From a virus, in IMG/VR virus record IMGVR_UViG_3300045988_081376: a stretch of DNA of 64,000 bases. One strand, written 5' to 3'. The position numbers and the translations under genes were made by a program. Below, one piece after another: positions 31,099-39,010 of the stretch. Position 1 is the stretch's first letter. Each line of letters opens with the position of its first letter. The notes below the pieces were generated by a model. That model did no database searches. It was not told where the DNA came from and saw only the letters and a list, made by a program, of their open reading frames with translations.

Positions 31099-32184
31099 AT
31101 GTCTTATTATTTTGATAGCGCAAGCACGGAAGAAGTTTCAAGCGTTGCGTGGGAAGCCATGAAGCAAGCCCCATTTGGCAACCCATCCAGCCTGCACAGT
31201 GAAGGATGGCGCGCAAGAGAATCTTTGGAGCGTAGCCGCGCTCAAATTTTATCATTATTAGGCGCTGGCAATAACTATGAACTTTATTTCACCAGCGGAG
31301 CAACGGAGGCGTGTAATACCGCTATTCATTCCATGCAAAAAGCTGTCGGAATTTCAGAAACTTATGCGTCGCCTTTTGAACATCATGCGATATTGGAATG
31401 CGTTTCTGGGCGGGTTCTTCCAAATGATAAAGTCGCAAACACGGGTGCTTATGCGCAGATGCTCGCCAATAACGAGACTGGAGAGATTTACGATATTGCG
31501 GCCCTGCGGGGGAGTTTTTCAGGACTTCTTGCCTGCGATATAACAAGCGCCGTTGCACACATCCCCATCAACCTTCTGGATTTCAATGTGGATTACGCTA
31601 TGTTCGGCGGTCATAAATTTGGAACTCCAAAAGGCATCGGCGCTCTGATCGTCCGCGATGGCGCTCCCGTTACCCCCATGATCTGCGGCGGCAATCAGGA
31701 ACGCGGAATGCGCGGCGGAACCGAGAGCGTTGCCCTCGCCTGCGCTATGGCAGCCGCCCTTGAAAAGCGCTGCGAAACCATGTATGATGACATTGCCCGC
31801 ATCGCAGAGCTGCGCGACGAGTTCATTACCGAAATTCTCCGTCTCGTGCCGGATGCCTACATCAACGGCCCTTGGGTCATCTGCGACGCATCGCGCCGCC
31901 TGCCCAATAACGCCAACATCAGCTTTCTCGGCGTGGAATCGCAGTCCCTTGTGCTCGCCCTGTCTCGTAAGGGGCTGTGCGCCTCCAGCGGCAGCGCCTG
32001 CACCAGCGGCAGCCTTGAAGGAAGCTACGTTCTCCGCGCCATGGGGCTTTCCGAAGAGCGCGCCCGCTCCGCCGTCCGCTTCTCCCTCCCGTATCGCATT
32101 ACGCAAGGCGAGCTGAAGCAGGCGGTTGAGATCGTCGTGAGTACCGTTTCCGAGCTGCGCGCACTCTCTCCCGCTTGCCCCTGA
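31099..32184 (+). CDS. NifS/IscS-type cysteine desulfurase (class V aminotransferase fold)
   Basis: FGNPSSLHSEG, FTSGATEACN, PLP lysine in GGHKFGTPKGIGALIV, RGGTES, catalytic Cys loop ASSGSACTSG, and RFSL near the C-terminus. Confidence 0.85.
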   Translation: MSYYFDSASTEEVSSVAWEAMKQAPFGNPSSLHSEGWRARESLERSRAQILSLLGAGNNYELYFTSGATEACNTAIHSMQKAVGISETYASPFEHHAILECVSGRVLPNDKVANTGAYAQMLANNETGEIYDIAALRGSFSGLLACDITSAVAHIPINLLDFNVDYAMFGGHKFGTPKGIGALIVRDGAPVTPMICGGNQERGMRGGTESVALACAMAAALEKRCETMYDDIARIAELRDEFITEILRLVPDAYINGPWVICDASRRLPNNANISFLGVESQSLVLALSRKGLCASSGSACTSGSLEGSYVLRAMGLSEERARSAVRFSLPYRITQGELKQAVEIVVSTVSELRALSPACP

Positions 32185-32213
32185 TATCGAAATTTTCAAA
32201 GGAGTTTTTTGCC

Positions 32214-32504
32214 ATGAAAATTCTTGACCCCGGCGCCGTGCTGCGCTATAAGGCCCTCAAAGAATCCGCCAATCATCTCGCGGTCGCCCCCTTTATCAAG
32301 ATCGTTTCCCTCGACCCGTGCGAGGAACGCGAGACCGCCGGCATCGGCCTTGAGTTCCCCAACAACTGCGCAATGATGAACCCCGGCGTTCGCAACGCCG
32401 TTTCGTTCCTTTTCGCCCAATGCGACACCGTGCAGATGAACCGCACCGACGCAGGTATTTCCCTCGTCTTCACCATTTTCAATGTCTGGAAGGAGGAACC
32501 GTAA
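32214..32504 (+). CDS. hypothetical protein
   Basis: MKILDPGAVLRYK... behind AAAGGAG. Confidence 0.45.
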   Translation: MKILDPGAVLRYKALKESANHLAVAPFIKIVSLDPCEERETAGIGLEFPNNCAMMNPGVRNAVSFLFAQCDTVQMNRTDAGISLVFTIFNVWKEEP

Positions 32505-32719
32505 TGCCGAACCTGAAAGCCAACGTGATCCCCCGCCTTTATATCGTCCGCGCCGCCAGCCCCAAGAATCCCGCCCTTGTCTATATGGATATGGTCGAGG
32601 CGGAATCGCCGCAGAAGGCGAAAATGCTCTCCAAATTTTACGGCGATCCCAAACTCACCATTCTGAGCGCCGACCCCGCGCCGGCAGAAAGCGAATCAGG
32701 TGCTTCCCATGCAGAGTGA
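32504..32719 (+). CDS. hypothetical protein
   Basis: MPNLKANVIPRLYIV... behind AAGGAGG. TAATG junction with the upstream gene. Confidence 0.45.
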   Translation: MPNLKANVIPRLYIVRAASPKNPALVYMDMVEAESPQKAKMLSKFYGDPKLTILSADPAPAESESGASHAE

Positions 32720-33005
32720 AGTCGAGCAGATGAAGCGCCTTGCCGACAATATCTGGAAGTACATCGAGCCGAAGGTCGATAAGAAGATCGAGCCATATTT
32801 CAAGGTCATCCGCGCTACCGTCACCTCCGCCGCATCCGGCGGTCTGATGGGCGTGCAGTTTCCCTTCGATGAATCCCCGATCTCCATTCCCTATGTCACC
32901 TCCATGGCGTCCTCGAGAGTGGGCGACAGCGTATGGGTCGCCATCCCCTATTCGAAGATGCAGAACGCCTTCGTTATCGCCTCTTCCCTCTTCAAGAATC
33001 TGTGA
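32709..33005 (+). CDS. small OB-fold-like protein resembling baseplate-spike/DUF2577-type phage proteins
   Basis: ATVTSAASGGLMGVQF...ISIPYV...RVGDSVWVAIPY..MQNAFVI pattern. Weak. Confidence 0.4.
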   Translation: MQSEVEQMKRLADNIWKYIEPKVDKKIEPYFKVIRATVTSAASGGLMGVQFPFDESPISIPYVTSMASSRVGDSVWVAIPYSKMQNAFVIASSLFKNL

Positions 33006-33010
33006 AATTG

Positions 33011-33047
33011 AGAAGACCATTTCCCCGACTCGGGAAAATGGTCTTCT
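33011..33047 (+). terminator. 16-bp hairpin terminator
   Basis: AGAAGACCATTTCCCC / GGGAAAATGGTCTTCT with one mismatch. Its 3' side overlaps the next promoter. Confidence 0.5.
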
Positions 33048-33076
33048 TGACTTTATCTGCCGAAGCATCCTATAAT
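33047..33076 (+). promoter_or_regulatory. strong sigma-70-type promoter for the zinc-ribbon gene
   Basis: TTGACT (33047-52), 18-nt spacer, TATAAT (33071-76). Confidence 0.6.
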
Positions 33077-33106
33077 TGCCCTATCATCTACAGGAGGGAA
33101 AACAAT

Positions 33107-33688
33107 ATGGCTCTGATTCAATGCACCGAATGCGGCCACACCGTCAGTGACCGCGCGGAAATCTGCCCCGGCTGTGGCTGCCCGGTCAAGCTCATCTTGC
33201 AGGATATTGAGCAGCAAAAAGCCGAAGCCGCCGCAAGCCTCGAGGAAAAGCGTTCCGCCGCCGAAGAGAAGCGCGAGCGCGATGGCTGCATCTTTGACAT
33301 CTCAGATGTTTACGCCCCCGGCGGCGTCAAGCTAAGCTGCCACTTCTGCGGCGGCTCTGCCACCGTCCCAAAGTCAGACTTTTACTCGGCGACTTCCAAC
33401 TGCTGCACGCCGAAATGTGAGATCAAATGTCCCTCCTGCCGCCGCACACATCGCCGCGGCGTCCCCATCTATACCGCGTCCATGCAGGAAGTCCGCGCCC
33501 CCGAGGAGGAAAAGCCGATTCTCTGCCCGCATTGCGGCTCGGGAGATTTCGACATCGTAAAGGAGGGCTTTGCCGCCGGCAAGGCTGCCGTCGGCGGCTT
33601 TCTGCTCGGCCCTCTCGGCGTTCTTGCAGGTGCGTCCGGCAGCAACAATATCCAGCGCATCTGCCGCCGCTGCGGTACGCGCTTCTGA
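33107..33688 (+). CDS. multi-zinc-ribbon protein with a Gly-rich hydrophobic C-terminal segment
   Basis: CTECGH..CPGCGC, CHFCGG, CPSC, CPHCGS and CRRCG pairs. GKAAVGGFLLGPLGVLAGASG segment. Confidence 0.6.
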   Translation: MALIQCTECGHTVSDRAEICPGCGCPVKLILQDIEQQKAEAAASLEEKRSAAEEKRERDGCIFDISDVYAPGGVKLSCHFCGGSATVPKSDFYSATSNCCTPKCEIKCPSCRRTHRRGVPIYTASMQEVRAPEEEKPILCPHCGSGDFDIVKEGFAAGKAAVGGFLLGPLGVLAGASGSNNIQRICRRCGTRF

Positions 33689-33693
33689 TAATC

Positions 33694-33722
33694 AAAAAGC
33701 CGCCCGTTTTGGGCGGCTTTTT
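33694..33722. terminator. bidirectional intrinsic terminator
   Basis: AAAAAGCCGCCC-GTTTT-GGGCGGCTTTTT between convergent genes. Confidence 0.75.
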
Positions 33723-34014
33723 ATAATGTAGTTTTCGCTACAATTACGCATAGAATAAAAACAAACGCAATTATTCCAAGAAACACGGTATAATCATTTG
33801 GCTTATATTCACCTCTCGGATTATATGGCCTTGGCGGTCTCTTCATTTCGAAACAGTTCCGGTGGTTTCCGTGCCTATTTCTCTGGCAAAAACTATTTTT
33901 TGCGCAATCTGCGCATCGTCTTGCGCCGTTAGGTGCAGGCGGGTGAGTCTTCTGCGCCCAATATCGGTTGAACTCTCTTCGTGCGTTATTCCGAAATCGT
34001 TGCCCGTATTCCAC
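33721..34014 (-). CDS. small basic Cys-rich protein with C-terminal TM anchor
   Basis: ORF 33721..34023. Probable GTG start at 34014 behind GAAAGGG. C-terminus FLGIIAFVFILCVIVA. AT-richer than its surroundings. Ends at the bidirectional terminator. Confidence 0.4.
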   Translation of the reverse strand: MEYGQRFRNNARREFNRYWAQKTHPPAPNGARRCADCAKNSFCQRNRHGNHRNCFEMKRPPRPYNPRGEYKPNDYTVFLGIIAFVFILCVIVAKTTL

Positions 34015-34060
34015 AGTTTTCACCCTTTCATTTTTTGCATTTTAATTTTGATATTTTCGC

Positions 34061-34101
34061 TTGACATTGTGGCTAACAACATCTATAATGTAGTTAACCA
34101 C
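34061..34101 (+). promoter_or_regulatory. consensus promoter flanked by an inverted repeat
   Basis: TTGACA (34061-66), 17-nt spacer, TATAAT (34084-89). GTGGCTAAC (34069-77) / GTTAACCAC (34093-101) bracket the -10. Confidence 0.65.
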
Positions 34102-34121
34102 CAGAAAGGAGGTTTTAACGG

Positions 34122-34298
34122 GTGGAACAAAAAAGCCGTGCCGAGTATTATCGAGAGCGACGAAAGAAATTAAAACAACTTGTTTTTATGGTCGATAAGG
34201 AAAAAGCCGAGAAACTCGACAAAATCCTTTCCGATCGTGAAGAGAGTAGAATCGAATGGTTTCGCCGCAAACTTGATGAAGAAATCGGAGATAAATAA
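34122..34298 (+). CDS. 58-aa RHH-like small regulator (below ORF-track cutoff)
   Basis: GTG start behind AAAGGAGG. MEQKSRAEYYRERRKKLKQLVFMVDKEKAEKLDKILSDREESRIEWFRRKLDEEIGDK has a beta-strand-then-helix pattern. Confidence 0.45.
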   Translation: MEQKSRAEYYRERRKKLKQLVFMVDKEKAEKLDKILSDREESRIEWFRRKLDEEIGDK

Positions 34299-34430
34299 AG
34301 AAATGGCCCCCTCTTTGAGCTTTAGTTTGCAGACCTAACGCAAAGAAGGAGCCTCCCAGAGGAAACCTCATGGTAAATTTATTATACTGCGTCGAATTTC
34401 CTCTGTCAAATTGAATTTGTGGAGGACTTT

Positions 34431-35243
34431 ATGAACGAATTGACTATCATTAACAACACGCAGGTTCTCGTCAAGGAATTCTCCGGCCAGCGCGTCGTCA
34501 CCTTCAAGGAGATCGACGCCGTGCATGGCAGACCGGACGGGACAGCCCGCAAGCGGTTCAATGACAACCGCGAACACTTTATCGAGGGCGAAGATTTCTT
34601 CAAAATAACGCCGTCCGAATTTCGGACGGCGATCGGAGAGATGGATGCCCGCCAGCAGAATGACGTCACCCTCATCACAGAATCCGGCTATCTCATGCTG
34701 GTAAAATCCTTTACCGACGATCTCGCGTGGAAAGTCCAGCGCGAACTTGTCAACGGATATTTCCGAGCCAAGGCGGCCAACTCTCAGTTTGCTTCCCTCT
34801 CTCCCCAGCTTCAGGCTCTTATCAGTATTGAGATGCGCCAGCAGGAGCAGGAGCGCCGTATGGACGAGCTTTCCAGCCGCTTCGAGCAGAACGCAAAGCG
34901 CATGGACAATCTCGCCGCCGCTTGGTCTGCCCCGCTTGCATCGGGAGACAACTGGCAGGAATCCGCCAACCGCGCGATCAATGCCATCGTGCAGCATTTC
35001 GGACTCAATCACCAGAAATTCCGCCACGACATTTACGAGGAACTGGAGCGCGCCGCGGGCGCAGACCTCCAGCAGCGTCTCACCCGCCTGCAAAACAGAA
35101 TGGCGGCATCCGGAGCCACGGCCACGCAGCGCAGAGCTGTCAATAAACTCACCATCGTTTCGCAGGATCGGAAACTGCGCGCCATCTTTGAAAGCATCCT
35201 GCGCTGCCGCGTCACCGAACTGAACGCAGCGCGCATCGACTGA
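34431..35243 (+). CDS. ORF6N/KilA-N-type antirepressor (second antirepressor)
   Basis: QVLVKEFSGQRVVTFKEIDAVHGRPDGTARKRFNDNREHFIEGEDFF ORF6N pattern. The C-terminal 90 aa are homologous to those of 9295..10065. Confidence 0.8.
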   Translation: MNELTIINNTQVLVKEFSGQRVVTFKEIDAVHGRPDGTARKRFNDNREHFIEGEDFFKITPSEFRTAIGEMDARQQNDVTLITESGYLMLVKSFTDDLAWKVQRELVNGYFRAKAANSQFASLSPQLQALISIEMRQQEQERRMDELSSRFEQNAKRMDNLAAAWSAPLASGDNWQESANRAINAIVQHFGLNHQKFRHDIYEELERAAGADLQQRLTRLQNRMAASGATATQRRAVNKLTIVSQDRKLRAIFESILRCRVTELNAARID

Positions 35244-35269
35244 ATTTGAGTTTATAAGGAGAAAATACT

Positions 35270-35485
35270 ATGTTTACGGTAAAAAGTCTTGCAAATAGCA
35301 TTGAGTTTGGCGGCGGTGTTGCCGAAAAAGTTTACCTCGCCAGCGGCGGCTCTGCAAGCGAGCTGAATACGCTCGACCCTCTGGCAATGGCCGCGTATGG
35401 TGATTTTGTCGTCGATTACATTCATGTTTCCGAATGTGGCGTTGAGCTGGTGCTGAAACAGGATTTTGTCAAGGCTGGGGCATAA
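35270..35485 (+). CDS. small protein, family A (paralog of 24532..24756)
   Basis: MFTVKSLANSIEF...AAYGDFVVDYIHVSECGVELVLKQDFVKA. Confidence 0.5.
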   Translation: MFTVKSLANSIEFGGGVAEKVYLASGGSASELNTLDPLAMAAYGDFVVDYIHVSECGVELVLKQDFVKAGA

Positions 35486-35535
35486 CGCCCCGGCCAATCC
35501 AGCCCGTCCCCACCCCCGCTTGAAAGGAGCCGACC

Positions 35536-36540
35536 ATGCCCGTCACCTCTGCCGCCGAGCGGCGTTTTCTCAAGAGTTCCGACCTCTGGCTGCGCAACTG
35601 CCAGTCTACCGGCATCGCGCCCAAAACGCTGACCGACTACTCCCATATCATTACCTCGTTCTATGATTTTTTCGTGTCCTCCGATCTCTTTCGTGATGAC
35701 CCGACCTTTACCACCATTCAGGCGTATCGGGACGCGCTGTTAGATCGTGGCTGTGCCGTCCGCACGGTGCATCAGCATCTGGTCGTCCTGCGCGCGTTCT
35801 TTACCTTTGCCAGCTCTCCCGACCTTGGCGGCGAGCAGTTCTATTCGTCAAATCCCGTCTCCCTGATGCTCTTCCCCGCCATGCGGAAGATCGACGCCCG
35901 CCCCTACGATCTCCTGCTCACCGATGAACAGGTCATGCACCTCTGGCGCAATACCCCCGTTGTCACCACGCACCCGGAGAACTGGCCGCGCAATTACGCC
36001 ATTGTCGTTTTGCTTCTCTCTACCGAGCTGCGCAATTCCGAGCTGCGCACCCTCTCGCTTGCCGACCTCGATTTCCAGTCCGAGCAGATCACTGTTGACC
36101 ACGGAAAGGGCGATAAATTTCGCACGGTCGATTTCCCCCTCATCGCGCAGACCGCCGTCCGCGCCTATCTCGCCTCCGGCATCCGCCCGCAGGATGTGCC
36201 CGCGTCCGCGCCCCTTTTCGGCACCATGCGTTCCGGCGCGTGGAGGGTCGGCACGCAGCAGTGGCTTTCCGGCGTGGTCGAGCGGCACGTCTTCGCCGTC
36301 ACCGGCGTTCACAATATCCGCTCGCATGATCTGCGCCATGTCGGCGCTCGTATCGACCTGAACTCCGGCATGGACCATTACGCCCTGCAAGCAAAGCTTG
36401 GGCACGCAAACCCGCAGACCACGCAGATTTATTCCGGCAAGCTTATGGCGCGTGCCGGACGCGGCAGCGCGAGGAGAGTCATCGCCGAGCGCGACTATCA
36501 GGCGCAGCGCAATCTTGACCGCCTCGCCGCCGCAAATTGA
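35536..36540 (+). CDS. XerC/D-like tyrosine recombinase (integrase 2)
   Basis: N-terminal SAM-like core-binding domain, ELRNSELRTLSL, HDLRHVGA, LGHANPQTTQIYS (R..HxxR..H..Y). Confidence 0.9.
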   Translation: MPVTSAAERRFLKSSDLWLRNCQSTGIAPKTLTDYSHIITSFYDFFVSSDLFRDDPTFTTIQAYRDALLDRGCAVRTVHQHLVVLRAFFTFASSPDLGGEQFYSSNPVSLMLFPAMRKIDARPYDLLLTDEQVMHLWRNTPVVTTHPENWPRNYAIVVLLLSTELRNSELRTLSLADLDFQSEQITVDHGKGDKFRTVDFPLIAQTAVRAYLASGIRPQDVPASAPLFGTMRSGAWRVGTQQWLSGVVERHVFAVTGVHNIRSHDLRHVGARIDLNSGMDHYALQAKLGHANPQTTQIYSGKLMARAGRGSARRVIAERDYQAQRNLDRLAAAN

Positions 36541-36554
36541 CAAAATTGCAAACG

Positions 36555-36585
36555 AAACGCACGGAAGATCGTCCTCCGTGCGTTT
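36555..36585. terminator. bidirectional terminator between integrase 2 and the lysis cassette
   Basis: AAACGCACGGA / TCCGTGCGTTT with A- and T-tracts on both sides. Confidence 0.65.
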
Positions 36586-36602
36586 CTTGTTTAAAATCTT
36601 GC

Positions 36603-36977
36603 TTAAATCGGCGGGCTGTTTTCGCTGATGTCGTCCGCTTCGGAAAATCCGCAGGCTTTGGCGGCGGCGTATACAATGCCCTCTCCGTCCGCGCCGGTGT
36701 TTTCCTCCATGTTCTTTTTCACCACGCGCCCCAGAACCGCTCCAAGCGCCGTGCCGATCGGCGTAAAAACCACCGTGTAGCACGCCAGCGCCCCCGTATA
36801 TCTCGCCTCGATGCTCCACTTGGCGAGCAGAAACCCTCCTGCAAGCCCTGCGGCGAGCAGTGCGACGAGATAGAGGGCGAGCCTATTGGTGAACCCGAGC
36901 GACTTTAGGTGCGCTCTCAGCGCGTCTGAGTGGCTTTTGCAGCGGTTTCTTCTTTTGCCCCTCATATCGCCCTGCAT
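36603..36977 (-). CDS. membrane protein at the end of the lysis cassette (holin-like or lysis accessory)
   Basis: Two hydrophobic helices, LALYLVALLAAGLAGGFLL and ACYTVVFTPIGTALGAVLG. Directly downstream of the endolysin. Confidence 0.5.
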   Translation of the reverse strand: MQGDMRGKRRNRCKSHSDALRAHLKSLGFTNRLALYLVALLAAGLAGGFLLAKWSIEARYTGALACYTVVFTPIGTALGAVLGRVVKKNMEENTGADGEGIVYAAAKACGFSEADDISENSPPI

Positions 36978-36980
36978 GGC

Positions 36981-37646
36981 TTACGCCTTTCCCATCAGCT
37001 TGGCAAAGCGGTACAGCAGCGTCGCCATCTGCTCGCGCGTCAGCAGGTCTTCCCACATATAGTTGGGCTGCCCGTCAGGCAGCGGCGTACCGCCCGTGAC
37101 GATCCCGTTTTTCACGGCCCACTCGCGCGCCTCCTTGCTCCACTTGGAACTGTCGTTGTCTTGCAGCTCCGCTCGGTATTCACGCATCATCTCCTTGAAC
37201 TTCTGAATGTCCATCTCGTCATCCTCCTCGTATCGCGGCATCGTGGGTGGCAGCTTGCCCGCGCGCACCATCGTGCCGCTGTATTTTTTGTGCTCGTCCC
37301 ATTGGAAATGCGGCCGGTCGGGAAATCCCTTCCAGTCCCCGCCCCATGTAAAGCCCATTCGCTTGCCGATCTTCGCGCACTGGGCAAAGAAATCGAGATC
37401 GTCGTATTCGTGCCCGCGCACATTCTTGCAGATGTCGAACGCAAGCCCCTGCCCGTGGAACGTTGTATACGGCGTTTTGGCGTAGCCTTTCTGGTAGAGC
37501 GTCTTCTGGTAAGCGTCGTCGCGCATCGTCTGCGTGATCTTCACATTCAGCCCTTCCGCCCTGCACAGCGCAACAAAGATCGTCGCGTTTTGTGCCACAT
37601 CCGGCCGCAGGTCGCTGATTTTGCTCGAGTTAACCATTTTCCTCAC
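36981..37646 (-). CDS. endolysin, M15 (VanY-type) peptidase with C-terminal wall-binding-like segment
   Basis: FHGQGLAFD and GGDW..DRPHFQW zinc-ligand motifs. C-terminal LTREQMATLLYRFAKL is SLH-like. Confidence 0.85.
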   Translation of the reverse strand: MRKMVNSSKISDLRPDVAQNATIFVALCRAEGLNVKITQTMRDDAYQKTLYQKGYAKTPYTTFHGQGLAFDICKNVRGHEYDDLDFFAQCAKIGKRMGFTWGGDWKGFPDRPHFQWDEHKKYSGTMVRAGKLPPTMPRYEEDDEMDIQKFKEMMREYRAELQDNDSSKWSKEAREWAVKNGIVTGGTPLPDGQPNYMWEDLLTREQMATLLYRFAKLMGKA

Positions 37647-37833
37647 CCTTCGCGCTGCCTGCCGCGTTCTGCGTTCCGAAATAGAACGCGATCACCATGA
37701 GGTACACGGTGTTGAATTCCTGTGTCACCTTCGTCTGTACCGTCAGCACGCAGAAGGTCGCCGTCAGCGCAATGGTCACGAGCGACTTCACGCTCAAAAG
37801 GTTCGCCACTCTCTTCGTCAATACTTCTTTCAT
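37630..37833 (-). CDS. holin (two TM segments)
   Basis: SLVTIALTATFCVLTV and FNTVYLMVIAFYFG helices with a charged C-terminus. Overlaps the endolysin start. Confidence 0.65.
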   Translation of the reverse strand: MKEVLTKRVANLLSVKSLVTIALTATFCVLTVQTKVTQEFNTVYLMVIAFYFGTQNAAGSAKGEENG

Positions 37834-37862
37834 TTGAATTTCTCCTTTTATTGCAAAGGTTT

Positions 37863-38636
37863 TTAAGTTTCTGCAACCACAATGTAATTATATAGCAGCT
37901 TGTCAAAACAACTCCAAGCAGATGTCCATCCCACCTGTATAGACCCAACTTGCGGGGTGATGAAAAAATTTTGGGAGACTGTTGAAATAACGTTGTAATT
38001 ATCATTAAGGAAATGAACTTCTGATGTGCTAACGAATTGGTCATAAATCCAAAGAAGAGTAACCGGCAATGAAGTCTGGCCTGAAACAACGTTTACGCTC
38101 CAGATAATGATCGCTTTTAATTTATCGGGTGCTATAAAATCACCGGGGGTTGGGATTGATAAAGATTGGGTAATAGACTTATTATCGATCGTTCCGAAAA
38201 GCGCTTTATAAGCCCCGTCTCCGACAAAATTCCCCAATACATCGAAAATGGAGACACCCTTTCTGATATTTCCGGGGACTAAGTTCCCATCTCCCTTCAC
38301 AGTTATCAGTCCTGTGGCGTAAGTGCCTTCCAGCATAGCCACCTGATCTGTGGTTCCCGGGACAATCGTTCTCCCCGCCCTTGTGCTCATCTGTAGGGTT
38401 CTGCTGTCTCCCTCGTTCAGGTAGCCGCCCTTTTCGATTTTTGATGTGATGAGTCCACCCGAAGAGACAGTCGGCGCGGCCAGCGTTCCGCCCGGCATGG
38501 GGTTCACCGTCACCTTACTCAGTCCATTATTCCCGCTGTCCGGCGTCACGATCTGCTGCTCCGTGCTCGGCGTCACGATCTTGCTTTGCAGCTTCAGCGA
38601 TGCACCGCCGCCCCCGCCATAAACTTCAACGCTCAT
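37863..38636 (-). CDS. tail fiber / receptor-binding-like protein
   Basis: Start MSVEVYGGGGG (ATGA overlap). IVTPSTEQQIVTPDSGNNGLSKVTVNPMP module shared with 54255..54848. AT-richer C-terminal part. Confidence 0.55.
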   Translation of the reverse strand: MSVEVYGGGGGASLKLQSKIVTPSTEQQIVTPDSGNNGLSKVTVNPMPGGTLAAPTVSSGGLITSKIEKGGYLNEGDSRTLQMSTRAGRTIVPGTTDQVAMLEGTYATGLITVKGDGNLVPGNIRKGVSIFDVLGNFVGDGAYKALFGTIDNKSITQSLSIPTPGDFIAPDKLKAIIIWSVNVVSGQTSLPVTLLWIYDQFVSTSEVHFLNDNYNVISTVSQNFFITPQVGSIQVGWTSAWSCFDKLLYNYIVVAET

Positions 38637-38992
38637 TTTCTCACCGCCTTTACAATGAGCGGAATGTTGACCAACGGCTGATCCCCGAGCGCCGTTACAA
38701 CGTTGCTGGTCGGGCTTCCGCAAATCTTCGCCGCCGCAAATGCGTCATATTGCGCCGAGGTTGCGGTCGGCGCCACGCTGATGACGATATCCCACGAAGC
38801 GCTCGGGTAGGCGGCTTCAAAACTGTACGTTTTCGTTCTCCACCCGGCGGCAGTCATCGTCACGTTGTCATAGCGCGTGCTGTCCGCCTTTTCCAGCGTG
38901 CTGCTCATGGCGTTCAGCTCGTTCGCGTCAATGTCCGGCGCGCTGCCGTTCTGCCATCCCGGATTCTTGTACTTTCCTTCCACAATAGGCAT
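38633..38992 (-). CDS. hypothetical tail-associated protein
   Basis: ORF track. Lies between the hub-like and fiber-like genes. Confidence 0.45.
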   Translation of the reverse strand: MPIVEGKYKNPGWQNGSAPDIDANELNAMSSTLEKADSTRYDNVTMTAAGWRTKTYSFEAAYPSASWDIVISVAPTATSAQYDAFAAAKICGSPTSNVVTALGDQPLVNIPLIVKAVRK

Positions 38993-39010
38993 TGTTCATT
39001 CCCCCTTTTT

